From positions 2,698,449-2,762,448 of the forward strand of contig CAVNZM010000013.1 of assembly GCA_963693365.1 (NCBI GenBank): 64,000 nt of DNA, in the 5' to 3' direction. Each line of letters begins with the position of its first letter. Position 1 is the stretch's first letter. The position numbers and the translations under genes are program-made. Below, piece by piece: positions 1-22,407 of this stretch. The notes beneath the pieces were generated by a model that saw nothing but the letters and a program-made list of their open reading frames with translations, had not been told where the DNA came from and searched no databases. This stretch comes from Amoebidium appalachense. Taxonomy: Eukaryota > Protista > Ichthyosporea.

Positions 1-45
1 TCTTCTTCTTCTTCTTCTTCTTTTCTTTTCTTTTCTTTTCTTTTC

Positions 46-99
<54 letters not shown>

Positions 100-197
100 G
101 GGGGGATTTCCCTTCTTTTCTTTCTTTCTTCTTCACCTTTTTTTTTTTTTTTTTTTTTTTTCTTTTGGGGGGGGGAGGGGGGGGGAGTGGTTGTTAC

Positions 198-9173
<8,976 letters not shown>

Positions 9174-9689
9174 TTTGTAGGTCTGCTGTCTCCCCGTGTT
9201 CTGTCCGCTTTCCTGTTTTCAGGGATTTTCAAAGAAAGGAGAACCTTCCCCTTTTCCTTACTTAACGCACAAAAACTTTCACTTCTCTACTAACGATGCT
9301 ACTCGCTCCTGGTCCATGAACGAAACACCTTGTAAGCTCTCTCTCCCGGCGGTATGTAGTCACAGGGGTGGTCGAAATTGGGCAAAGGTTGCATATAGGC
9401 TGATGCAGACTCGCTCATAATAGCGAAATGGCCCAAATGGGGCAAATCAGGACACTGTAACCCCGGAGAATGATTGCGCAATCATTTATCTGTAACTATG
9501 AGATATACGGAGATATACGGCTTTTGTGATATCCAGGGATAGGGTGTGGAGAAGCAGAAACCACCTCACACAGCCACATGTCAGCAGGGAAAGTCAATAT
9601 CCCTCATATGTATGTAGGTATACCTTGAACTTTGCGTCGATTATCAATCGCACTGCAAATATATATATGTATATATATACATATATACA

Positions 9690-9721
<32 letters not shown>

Positions 9722-10427
9722 AATGTACACATGAATTGGTTTGCAAACGTTTTTTTTTTTTTTCTTTTTTAAAAAAAAGAGAGTTTTTTCTTCGCTAGGA
9801 GCATTGGACAGCATCGGAGCTCGAGACAGAGGAAACAGTGGATCCGTGTGCAAGATATGTAGGTGATAGCAGTGGTCGTGAAAATTTGGTGATGTATGCC
9901 GGGTAAAGGCGACGTTGGCATAAGAACACTGATTGCTCGAGGTCAAGTCCACATGCAGAGAAATTAAACAGACACACGTACACGTGGGCACACAAGGAAC
10001 ATGCTAATTTGTATTTCTATAAAACTAATAGAAAAAGCAGATTATTGTGCCGTGTGATTCTGAATTCATGAGATATATGGCTTTTTGTGCATGCGTGATA
10101 TATATAAATTTGTCTGAAGCAACAATGTACATGCATACTATCTCCTCAATTGCATTATCGGCCATGGCCATGGGGTTGGCAATAATTATCATGCACGTGC
10201 ATCGCAACTTCGGATATCCATTCGCATAGATAGACAAGCTGCCCAAACCCTCAATACTTTATATTTCATTCAGTCAAGGTTTTTGCCGCCCAGCGGCAAG
10301 AATATCATGTTTCCCTTTTTGTTCGCAAATGTTAGTACGCAAAACGGTTTATGTATGTACACACAGGCTATGTTAGAATTTCATATCAAAGACAGCCAGC
10401 GAAGTTTGAATTCTTTCAGGTCCCAGA

Positions 10428-10555
<128 letters not shown>

Positions 10556-10742
10556 GTGCAATCGAGTCAATTACGATAACGTTTCTTTTTGAGAGCACTA
10601 CTGTAACAATCTGCTGTTTCTATTGCGCGAGTGAAAAAGCCTTAGACTAGACCACCACAAGCCGCCGGGTGCATTTGTGCCTCTACATATAATGCCCCCC
10701 CCCCCCCCCCCCCCTCCCCCCCCCCCCCCCCCCCCCCCCCTC

Positions 10743-10774
<32 letters not shown>

Positions 10775-10988
10775 TGCGCCGCCCACCCCTGCCCTGTATG
10801 CATGCTCTATGCAAAATGCAGGTGATGTTTTTATTAAAAACGCTACCAAACCCCTTCCACTTTTTTTTTTTTTTTCTCATTGAATAAAGTGGAGGGGGAG
10901 ATACTGTTCAGGCAGAGGAGATACATACAAACCACCAGAAACCATTCCAACCACTTAAAAAAACGAAAATGTTTAGTCCACAAATCTC

Positions 10989-11113
10989 CTATTTTCCGTC
11001 TCCCTTCAACTCGACTATCCGCGCCTTTTTAACCCCGGCCTGTCCCTCCTCCTCCTCCGACTCTGCCCCGTCTTCGTCGCTATCGTCCGAGTTGAACACA
11101 CCCAGTGACAGTG

Positions 11114-11199
<86 letters not shown>

Positions 11200-11692
11200 T
11201 GTGTGAGTGTGTGTGTGAGTGAGTGGGTGAATGAGTGAGTGGGTGAGAGAGTGAGTGGGTGAGTGGGTGGGTGGGTGAGTGAGCGTGTAGGTGTGTGTGT
11301 GCGTGTGTGTCTGTGCGTGTACACACACGCGTGTGTGCTGGTGTGTGAATGTTCGGGTGTGTGTATGTATGCCGTGCTCATACAGAAACGGTGTGTGTGT
11401 GTTTGTGTGTGTGTCAGGACGTGTGTGTCAAATACGCATGCAAGCCAACACAGTGTACGTCTGTACAGGCTAACGTGTCTGCACGCGTGAGCATCTACAC
11501 AAAAGCACATGTACGTGAAGAGGTTAATGGGAGAAAACTGTTAAGTGTGTGGTGTCGATGGCACGTAATCACTGGAAAAGTAAGACAGGGTTGAAAAAGA
11601 CGGTGGTGGGTGGATAGGTGGTGGGGTCAGAGCAACAAGATGCAATACACAATACGAAAAGTGGCAGGAAGGGGGGACAGGGGGCGCGCGAA

Positions 11693-11727
<35 letters not shown>

Positions 11728-13387
11728 GGAAAGGGAAATTAAAGACTTAGAATGTGCTATGCACTCACACAGCACGTACACGGGGTAAAAAGACACAACC
11801 GAAAAACACAGCAGAGTACACACGTACGAATACTTGTGCTAAGGGTGGGTGGGTGGGGGGTGTTAAGCATCTATTCCTGAACTACACAACGGTAAAGCGG
11901 GACAAACCGAATATTGGAGAATTTGAACATCGGAGAATTTGCCCCCTCGGGGAGGAGGGGGGGGGGGGGGAGGAAACGTATCGAGACAAAAAGGAGGATG
12001 ATTTAAAGGTTGAGGAAACAGTGGTTGCATGAGAAAAGCGAAATGGGTGAGATGGAAAGGAATATTGGAAATAGACACGAATAACATGTGCACCTGGAGA
12101 AAATGAAAGATGGCTGGCTGGAAGTCCTGCGATAAGGAAAAAAAGGGGTTGGGGGGGGGGGGGGGGGGGGGAGGGGGGGAGGGGGGAGGATTCGGTTGTA
12201 TGCAGTAGAGGGCGGGAGAAATCGGTACACAACAAAGGCGAGCACAGGAGAAGACAAAAGCACAAGCACCAATAAGAAATTTCAGCCCCGACAGGCACAC
12301 GCACCATTTCCACGTGGGGTTTTTCCTGATCCACCACCTCGATGTCGAATGTGCCGGGGGGTTGCAATGCAATTTCCTTCTCCAGTTGCTGATTGGCTTG
12401 CGCCATCTGGGGCAGGAACGCGCTCACCCGCTCAAGAACTGCCATATTTGGAAACGAAAGGAGGTCAGTGATTGGATAAGAGGCAGCCAGTCACTCGAAA
12501 CGGCCTAGTTATGTGTTGTTAATGCCCATAAACTTAGATAATGCGCTGTCAAACTTCGTCTAACACCTGTATCTTCTTTCTGTCTCCCCCCCCCCCCCAC
12601 CTTTTTTCTCCCACTTAATCATTTCATCCTTTTTGCTCCACGCACAAGGCAGCCTACGCACATTATCCGCTGGTGTACGCACATGCATCGGAAGAAGAAA
12701 AAGAAACTTACACGGTGAACGGGGAAGAAGGGGAGGGAGGGGGGGGGGGGGGGAGGGGATTCAGGGAGGGCGAGTAGGGAGAGATGGCATATATGCAAGG
12801 GAAGAATGAGCAGAAGTGGATATGGTTCGGCTGCTAGAGTTAGGGGGGAGAAGAGAGGGCTTTGAATGCGTTACACATTACAGGTGACAAAACAACATAC
12901 AACACCAACAGCAAATTTGCAAAGCATGCACACAGAATAATGCATCATTCGGCCTCTAGAGCATATCCTTAGAGGGGGCCCAACTCATTCAGAGGGGGGA
13001 GGGGGGAGGGGCAGGGCGGGGGGGTTTTGAATGCGTCAAAAAGTACGAAGTACACAAGAACAAACGGATAACACGATGCAGAATGCAAGCCATACATAAA
13101 GAGGATGCATAATAAGCAGAGCCCATCCTCAGGGGGGCCCACGTCATCCACAGTACCCAGGCAGGGCGGGGGGGGGGGGGGGGGTAGAGGAAGGGTGTAA
13201 GAGCGGAAGAAAAGGGGGTTGAGAGGGGTGGTCGATGGGGCGGGCGGTGGGGGGCCGTGGGGGGGGGGGGGGGGGGGGGGGGGTTCGGGGGGATGGGGAG
13301 GGGAGGGGGGAGGCACGGGGCAGTGTGAAGCAGTATCATGGAACGATGGAAGGTGTGTGTTTTGTGTGTGTGTGCGTGCGTGTGTGT

Positions 13388-13434
<47 letters not shown>

Positions 13435-13884
13435 AGAAAGGTGAGTTGCTGGCCCTGGAAATGCAGGGAGGGGGGGCAGGGAGGGGGGGAGGGGGAGGGG
13501 CAGGGGGTGTGTGTGGTCAGGAAGAAGGAAAGTGTTGTGTGCCTGTGTGTGTGCTTGTGGGCGGGGAGGGGAGGGAGGGGGGGGGGGGGGGGGCTGGGGG
13601 GGCCGGGGGAAGTTGGGGATTGTGAGACGGAAACCAGGGGGTGGCACTCCCAGGGGGGCAGGGAGGGGGGGGGGGGGGGGGGGGGGGGGGAGGGGGGGGG
13701 GGGGGTATGCATTTTAGGAGTTTCACTCATGCAAGCAAAGACAAAATAAACCACACAAAAAAAAAGTTTTCGGAATTCATCATTAGGGGGGATCATATGC
13801 CGGGAGAGTGTGTGCGTGTGTGTGTGAAGGGGGGGGGGGGGGGGGGGGGGTTTCAGTATGCGGGTGCGTGTTTGTGGGCTTGTG

Positions 13885-13926
<42 letters not shown>

Positions 13927-14817
13927 TATGTGTGTGTGTGTGTGTGTGCGCACGCGCGCGTGGGGGTGTATGTGTGTCTGTGTGCGTGTAGGTGGGTGGC
14001 TGTGTGTGTGTGTGTGTGTGTGTGTGTGCATGTGCATGCCCACGGGTGCGTCTCTCTCTGTGAATGCACGCCTGCATGCGTGCGTACACGCGCACATGTG
14101 TGCATTGTGTGTCTGTGTACAGGGCATGTGCATGTGTGTGTGTGTGTGTTTGTGTGCGTGTGTGTGCACATCTGTATCCATGTGAGCTCCCTGGAGCAAA
14201 TCAGGTAGAAGGTTGGATGGAAGGCCGAAAGAGAAGTGGGACGGGGCAAGGAGAGCAGGCGGGGACGGGGGGGGGGGGGGGGGGGGGGGGGGGGATGCAA
14301 TATCAGGAAAAAGGCGGGGGGGGGGGGGGGGGGAGGAGGGGGAGGGGGGAGGGGGATGGGGAAGGGGGAGGGGGAGGGGGTCGAATGTGTGGGGTGAGAG
14401 CAGCGGGAGGGATGACGGGGCCGGGGGGGGGAGGGAAGTGGGGGGGTTGTGAAATTGTGCCTGCTGCCTTACCGCTACTTTGAGGCAACCTTGTGATCTT
14501 TGGTGGCTGCATGGGTCTTTCCAGTGCATCTTTCTTGTTTTTCCCAATTAGCAGTGCTGTGTTTTTGAAGAAAGGTTAGGAACACCCAAAAACTTCAAAA
14601 AAAAGAGAAAAAAAAAAAAGAAAAGAAAAAGGAGTAGAGGCAGCGGAACAGTTGGGACCTTCGGAACAGTTGTAGACAGGCAATATCTAAAGTAGGCTTC
14701 TTTTTTCCAAATACCTTTTTTTTTTATTTTTTAAAAAAAGGATGTTTGTGTTACAAGGAAGAATGGTGTCCCAAACGGGCGGGGAGGTACGGGCATGGGT
14801 GGGTGGGTGGTGTGGCC

Positions 14818-14852
<35 letters not shown>

Positions 14853-14970
14853 GGGGGGTAGTATGTGTTACTGAACGCGAAGCACACATTCGTGACGGAC
14901 AACACACTGAATAATGCAAAGCACGCCCAAGAGTTCGCCATCCATGATAAGCAAAGTACAAGGGGAAGAA

Positions 14971-15002
<32 letters not shown>

Positions 15003-17164
15003 ATGGAAGGTAGCATGAGCGAAAGGACAAGGTTGGAGGAAGGGAGGCGCAGCGAGGAGGGGGGGGGGGGGAGGGAGGGAGAAATGTGTGCCAGAGAGGG
15101 GGGGCGCGGGGGGGGGGGGGGGGGGGGGAGGAGAGGGGGGAGGGAGGGAGGGGAAATCGGAAGGAGAGAGAGAGAGTTAGGATAGACCACGTGTGATGAT
15201 AGCAAGCCTCGCACAGGCGAAGGTTCGGGGGAATAGGGCAGAATGGGTAGATGGGCACGGGGGGGAGAAGAAAGGGGGGCAGAGGGGGGGAGGGGGGGGG
15301 GGGGGGTGGAGATGAAGAAGAGGGGCAAGAGGGGAGAAAGAATTTGGGGGGTTTGTGGGGGAGGGGGTGGGGGGGTAGGGGAGAAAGGATTGGGAGGTTG
15401 GGAGGGGAGGGGGGGGGGGGGGGAGGAAGTTGATGGGGCGTTGTATAGAGGGGGCGAGAGGGTCAGGCGCGGAGGGGGGGGGGGGGGGGGGGGAGGGGGG
15501 AGGAGGGGGAGGAGGGGAGGCAGGAGGGGAGGGCGGGCGGCGGCGGGGGGGGGGGGGGGGGGGGGTTTGTAAAAATGACAAAACCAAAAATAGACGAACA
15601 ATAACAAGTAATCATAGCCACAACAACTCCAAACCATGTGGGTCGAGTCGAAAGGAGGATAACGAGGGAACGGGAGGGGTGAGGTTTGGAGGGGGGGGGG
15701 GGGGGGTGAGAGAGGAGCCATACGGAACGATGTTTAAGGTCGAAAGAAGGGGAGGGGGAGGGGGAGGGGGGTTTGAATGCGGAACACGGTACGAAGTACG
15801 CATACACGAAGGACACATGCAAAAGCAAATATTCAAGTATGCAACATCACGGTCGAAAGAAGGGGAGGGGAAGGGGGAGGGGGGTTTGAATGCGGAACAC
15901 GGTATGAAGTACGCATACACGAAGGACACATGCAAAAGCAAATATTCAAGTATGCAACATAGCCATGCGCGCAGTATGTGTCATAAGCAGAGCCCATCCT
16001 CAGGGAGGGAAGGGGGAGGGGGGGGGGGGGGTGTTTGAATGCGGAACACAGTACGAAGTACGCATACACGATGAGAAGCATGGTGCAGGACACATGCAAA
16101 GGCAAACATTCAAGTATGCAGCATCAGCCATGCGCACAGTATGCGTCATAAGCAGAGCCCATCCTCAGGGAGGGCCCAAGTCATCAATTGCGTCTGAGTT
16201 TCGACCCCTTAGCCCGCGTATATACGACGCTCCAACTCAGACAGCAGCATCAACTGAACTTGGGTGGGTCAACCCGTCTTGATCAAAGACGAGCAGGGTT
16301 GCTTATGCAAGCAAGGTGAGCAAAACGGTGAAGATGTATGTGCAAACTAATGCAGTGCAGCGACAAACGCGTATGTGCTTACAGATGCACGACACAGAGC
16401 AACCATGCCCGGTTGCATGGAGGGGGTAGGGGGTGGAGCGGGTAGAGGACCAGGAGAGAAGCAGAAAAAGAACAGGAGGGGGCAGGGGAGGGGGACGGGT
16501 GGATGGGCCACGACACAGACAAGTATGAGAGGACACTTGACCTGGGGGGGAGGGGGGGGGGGGGGAGGAAGGGGAGGCGGGGAGAGAAGGGGGGTGCAAT
16601 CAAAAAGTGGATGCAGAGTGATCAGCTGTAGAGCAGCAACGGGTAGGGGTGGGTGTGTTGGGGGGGGAGGGGGGGGGAGGGGGGGAGGGAGGGGAGGAGG
16701 GGGGAGAGGCTGCTACAGGGTGGTGGATAAAACAAAAGCCGTGAAAAGCAGGTGGGGGTAGAGAAAGGGTGGGGAGTGTGTGTGCGTGTGGCAGAGGAGG
16801 GGGGCGAAAGAAGGGGGGGAGGGGGGGGGGAGAAGGGACGGGGGGTAGCGGGAGCAGAATAAGATAGGAATTCGGCAAGGGGGGAACGCAATGGAAACAA
16901 TGGTGGGCAGGCAGTGGAAAAAAGGACGGCTTTCTTGAAGTGGGTAGAAGGTTAGGGGTGCTTCAGTACTTGTTGCGTGAGAAATATGCTGATGGAAAGG
17001 GAAGTTTGGTGCACGTGCAAGATTAAAATGAATGATCACAGTAGATGTGTCCTCTACATCTTTATGAATGTATACGTGTAGTGTACGAGTTTGTGTGTGC
17101 GAGGGGCTGTGCACGTAGTAAAGTGGGTGGGTGTAGTGGGGATGAGGACTGGATGAGCTATGGG

Positions 17165-17244
<80 letters not shown>

Positions 17245-17424
17245 GGAGGGGGGCGGGAGGAGTAATCCATAATGCACGTATGAAAGTTCGTGTGTGTTTG
17301 TGTGTGTGTGGGGGGGGGGGGGGGGGGGGGGGGGGGGGAGCAGCTTACTTGTAAGAGGCTCTCCCGAAACACCAAGTAGCTCCTTCGAGTGCTCCACTTT
17401 CTTTTGCTCTTTCCTTTTTGACAT
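10989..17424 (-). CDS. NOPCHAP1: NOPCHAP1/C12orf45-like protein (box C/D snoRNP assembly chaperone family), 139 aa. Exons: 17424-17349, 14556-14473, 12438-12305, 11114-10989
   Basis: Phase-compatible GT-AG introns; product [17 protein letters not shown]...[28 protein letters not shown]...[22 protein letters not shown] + acidic tail + IVEL, the family pattern as I recall it (SxLxRVxxFLPxMxxAN, FxIE, IEMxLxLGV). Confidence 0.82.
12861..13150 (-). repeat. Two adjacent truncated members of the tttgaatgcg dispersed family
   Basis: 12861-12992 (diverged) and 13025-13150; both begin tttgaatgcg on + and contain the atcct(c/t)ag..ggggccc..tcat motif. Confidence 0.65.
15771..16294 (-). mobile_element. 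Stack of three copies of the SINE-like element (two truncated, one 262-bp) separated by G-tracts
   Basis: gtttgaatgcggaacac starts at 15771, 15884 and 16033, each directly after a G-rich run. Confidence 0.75.
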
Positions 17425-18066
17425 TCTTGCAAATGAAATGAACAAACTCCTGTGAACAATTAGTGGGCACAACCTTTTTGCTTTGTGCTCAAGATAACTG
17501 GTAGATTATTTGTGTGTGAGAGAGAACTGGTGCACCCACATAGGCTGCTGCAAAGAACATGGATGGTCGTGGTGCAAAGTATGGGCTTCGGCGACTTTGA
17601 TGTCAAAGGATAGAGGTTTGGGAAAATTAGATGTCAGCACCTAAAATTTTAGAAGGGAAAAACAGGTTCCTGATGATCTTCGGTTCTCTCGCAGATTAGT
17701 CAAGGGCACTATGCAGGTCAAAGCTGTCTTCTTAAACTTGCGGACTGCGATTGAGACAAGCGGAGACTTCTCATATCGTGAGACTTAGTAAATAGAAGGA
17801 CAACTTGAAAGCATCGACGCAGAGAAACCGAGAAATCGAAATGGAAAAACTAGAAACACGAGTACAAAATGAAATTCACGTGAACACCGGTACCCCACAG
17901 CCTGTGCACACGTGTGCACGTGGGCGGGTGTAACGGTCGCAGGCGCAGTGGCTCACCAAACAATGCATTCCTTTGCCCATATATGGTAATATTGCATTTA
18001 TTTACCTGACTCATGGCTGTGCTTCTCTGTTGTACATGTCCTTCAGAATTTGGGGATATATGGTTT

Positions 18067-18111
<45 letters not shown>

Positions 18112-18789
18112 AGTAATAGAAAACAATACAACCATGTACTTGAAAGGCACGCTTCTCTTTGTATTTCGGAGGGAGGCTCGAGTGCACCGGCGGTGCGTGT
18201 GACGTCACACTTATTCGCATTTTAAAATGTACGAATTTGATTGGCTGTCACAGAAGCTTTTTTAGACCGGAACAAAACAAAACATTCCGCCAACTTAAGT
18301 GCCAACCTTGGCGAAAGGCTGGGCCAAAAAACTCTCTTCCGTTTTTCCTTCAGTTCTAACTTTTCAGTCGTAATCTCTAGAACATATGTAGAAAGCACTA
18401 AAGCAACACAGTGTACACGCCTAGCTTGCCGGGATTTTCCATCGTCAAACGGTTAGTCGTTAAGTTCCTTGAAGCTCACACGTTGTTATCGTGTGTGCTT
18501 GTTTTCTTGTGACCTGACCCGGCTCATGGAAGAGTCGGGGGGAGAAAGAAAAAAGAAAAACGGGAGGAAGCTGCAAAGGAAACTCTTTATACAGCTCATC
18601 CGGGTCCAATAAGAAGACTTTATTAGTAACATCTTTCTCACCCTTTTTAAATTACCTAAATCAGGTTGCTCTCTTCTTTTTTTTACGTTATGAGTTCTCA
18701 TCTATCCCCCTAAAACTCCACACGCTCACCGTATGAAGTCAACAATCTAATATAGCTACTCGAGAACCAAGGTCGCTCATTCTTGTAAA
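17425..18789. promoter_or_regulatory. Divergent promoter region between the NOPCHAP1-like and EDR2-like genes
   Basis: Head-to-head start codons 1.37 kb apart; almost microsatellite-free; palindrome gtgTGACGTCAcac (CRE-like) at 18197-18210 and reverse CCAAT at 18240-18244. Function of the motifs is inferred. Confidence 0.55.
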
Positions 18790-19316
18790 ATGGCTACCGA
18801 AATGGAAGGGCATGTTTTCAGAAGGAGGGAGACAGATTTTTTCAGACGATGGACTGAGTTTTATCTCGTGCTAAAGGATGCATCACTCCTGATCTTCTCC
18901 AAAAAAGGAGAGCCATCTCCAAAGAAAACGATGGTGCTGACAACCTCGTGTACCGTGGTGAGTCCCACGGCTTTTAATTCACCTCCTTGGTTGTATCATT
19001 GTTGTGTGGGCTTTGACATAGTGCATCTGTTTGCATGTTTTTGTGCATGTGTGATGTGTGTGAAGAGGTAAGGTGTGTGTGTGTGTGTGGTGATGGTGGT
19101 GGTGGTGGTGGTGGGGGGGGGGGGGGGGGAGGGAGGGGGGAGGGGGGAGGGGGCTGAGTGTGACTATTGTGTGCAAACTGGTGTGTGTGCCTATGTGCCT
19201 GCCTGTGTGTATGTCGGTATGCACATAAAGGGGGAAGAAGGGGGGGGGGGGGGGGGGGGGGGGAGCTGCGGTTGTGTGTTTTAGTTTGAGTTTGTGTCAA
19301 CCTTCGTATGTATCAG

Positions 19317-19369
<53 letters not shown>

Positions 19370-20178
19370 TTCTCTCCCTCTCTCTCCCCTTCTCTCTCCC
19401 TTCTCTGTTCTCTCTCTCCCCCCCCCCCCCCCCCCCCCTCTCTCCCCCTGCCTCCCCCCCCCCCCCCCCCTCCCCCCTCTTTGTGTGCTTGTGCAGATCT
19501 GGGCACGCATGTTCCCCAGCCTATGCTTGCAACAAAGTTTTATCAACACACCGAATTCCTGTTCACATTTCGCATTAACCAAACCTTAATCAGAGTTTCC
19601 CATACTCTTAAGATCATGTGTTTGTCAATCCAACCCTTTGAAAGCCCGAGCTTCTTGTTTAGCTTAATTTCTTGATTTTCAAAGTGTGCTGCTGTTATCG
19701 CAGGATACGGAGATCGGAGAAAAGAAAGGGTTGTACACGTTCCGTGTTCTCTACCCGGACGAAAAAGTAGCTCACTACGACCCCCTCCTCGCCTTAAGAG
19801 ACAACCTCTCGGAGGCTGCTTCCATCTTTAAGGTACGTTCAACTGGCAAAGTTCACTGCAGATCGTTGATTTCTTTGTGTTGTCGTTGTTGGTGAAGAGA
19901 GGGTGAAGGGATAGGTGTGAATGTATGGTTTTGTGTGTGCATGTTGGGTTGGGGTGGTCGGAGGTGGGGTTGTGTGTGTGTGTGGGGGGCGGGGGGGGGG
20001 GGGGGGGAGGGGGGGGGAGGAAATGGATGGTCAGAAGGGGGGGGGGGGGGGGTTGTTGGGGAGGGGGGGGATGGGCAGAAAGGGTTTTCCCAGGGGGGGG
20101 GGGGGGGGATGGAGGTAGTCTTGTGTTGTCATTATTGGTGAGAAGAAGGTGACGGGTTTTATTGTGGGTGTATGTTGT

Positions 20179-20275
<97 letters not shown>

Positions 20276-20646
20276 GGGGAGGGGGTGGGAGGGAGGGAGG
20301 GAAGACAGGAAAGAAAAGTTATTATACATTCTTTTGATGCTTTTCGAGGTTGGGCTCGAGTCTTCCCGAGGTTAACGACTAAGGGTTCAAACAGACTACG
20401 TACCCCATCAGACTAGCAAAATTTAGCCGCCGCCGGCTAAGATTGCTATGGTATATGACGTCACACCGACTTGCTACCGTATTTAGTAAGAAATCGGTAA
20501 ACGTCACATATCGTAGCAATCTTAGCCGGCGGCGGCTAAATTTTGCTAGTCTGACCGGGTACGTAGTCTGTTTTGAACCCTTGCTCCTTATGAGAGAAGG
20601 ATGTGTACAAGGGTGAGAAACCTTTTTTATTTTTTATTTCATTTTT

Positions 20647-20685
<39 letters not shown>

Positions 20686-21208
20686 AGGTAAAGAGGATGT
20701 AGGTGAAGGAATACGTGGGGCAGAAGGAAAGGGGTGGGGAGATCGGTTAGTGGGGACGGGATGGGAGTTTGGTGACGTGGTGTGTGTGTGTGTGTGTGTG
20801 TGGTGGGGTTTGTGTGTTTGTGTGTTGGGGTGTGATAGGGGGTGGGGGGAGGGCTGTATCAATGAAATGGTGGTGCACAGTGATGTCATGATATAAACTA
20901 CTGTAAGGAATCCATGATATACTTTTCCTTTACATGGTGTGCAATCTCCTTCTTGGTTCGATCATCCGGAAATCACCATGTATATGAGTTCTGGAGCAAT
21001 GCAGGCATAGTTGTTAACTTATTTCGCATCCTCACAGGGTGAAACGGATGCGGACCTGGAGGGAATGAAGGTGTTTGAGTTTGGTTGCCGAGAGAGGTCG
21101 GAGGCCGAGGACTGGAGAGATACCATCAGCAACGTAGGGAGCACACGCTCACATGTGCACGTGCATACACACATACAGAGATGCGCACACACGCACGCAC
21201 ACACTCAT

Positions 21209-21291
<83 letters not shown>

Positions 21292-21450
21292 TAAATGACG
21301 CTTACACAGTCACACATACGAACATGCAACCCCCCAACCCCCCCCCCCCCAAAAAAAAAAAAAAAAAAAGAAATGTATGCATGTATGAGACCACAACCAT
21401 GCTCCTCCACAATCCCCCCCCCCCCCCCCCCCGCCCTCCGCTGCCGCCGC

Positions 21451-21494
<44 letters not shown>

Positions 21495-22373
21495 CCCACT
21501 TTTCCCCGTCCTTTTCCATGCTGCGATCTCCCCCTCCCCATCTTTCTATACCCCCCTCCCCTCATCTCCCCTTCTCCTTCCGATATGAGCTTCCCCTACA
21601 GTTACCGTGTATCAAATCGCTTCCCCCCCCCCCCCCCCCCCCCAAAGAACAACCTGTGTGCAATTTGAACGTCTTTGCCTCCGTGGTTGCCAATCTGTAA
21701 TGCATACATAACCGCCTCTCTCCCTTCTCCCCCTTCCTTCACACCCCATCCAAAACCAGCCCTAATTTACCGGTCTCAGACCTAATTGGGCAAAAAGTAG
21801 GGCCTAAAAGCGGGGCCAAATACCAATCTGCAGCCTCTCAAAGCCAGTTTATGTTCGATTTCACTTAGAAAAGAGGTTTTCACCCTCTAACTAAAGTTGT
21901 AGGAAATAAAAAGACGCGCAAGTTGATACAAGCGGTCTGGGGCGTCCGACGCTGCCTTCACAGTCGAAATCAGCTAAAACCAGCCAAAACCGCCTCCGGC
22001 TGAGGCCAGCCTGACTGACGGCGGGAGTCGATCGCATATAGCAAAACATGTGTGTTTTCCTGTTTTGACCTCAAAAAGCGTGTCGGACACCATATGTTGC
22101 TTATATAAACAACGTGTGTCGCTTTATTTTCTATACTTTTCATTAAGGCGCCAAAGCCTGCTTCCTTTTCAATGTTTAGACTTTATTGAGTAAAAGCGGA
22201 TTTGGACTATGACCGGCATAGCATGGCTAGACCCCACTTTTGAGCCACCAAATTCAATTAGGGATCTGAAACCGGTGAATTCCCTCAACTCCCACCCCGT
22301 CCCTTCCCTCCAACTGTACACCACACCTGGGGGCTTACTATGTCTACTCGAGGCATAGAGACCATTCTAAAGT

Positions 22374-22407
<34 letters not shown>

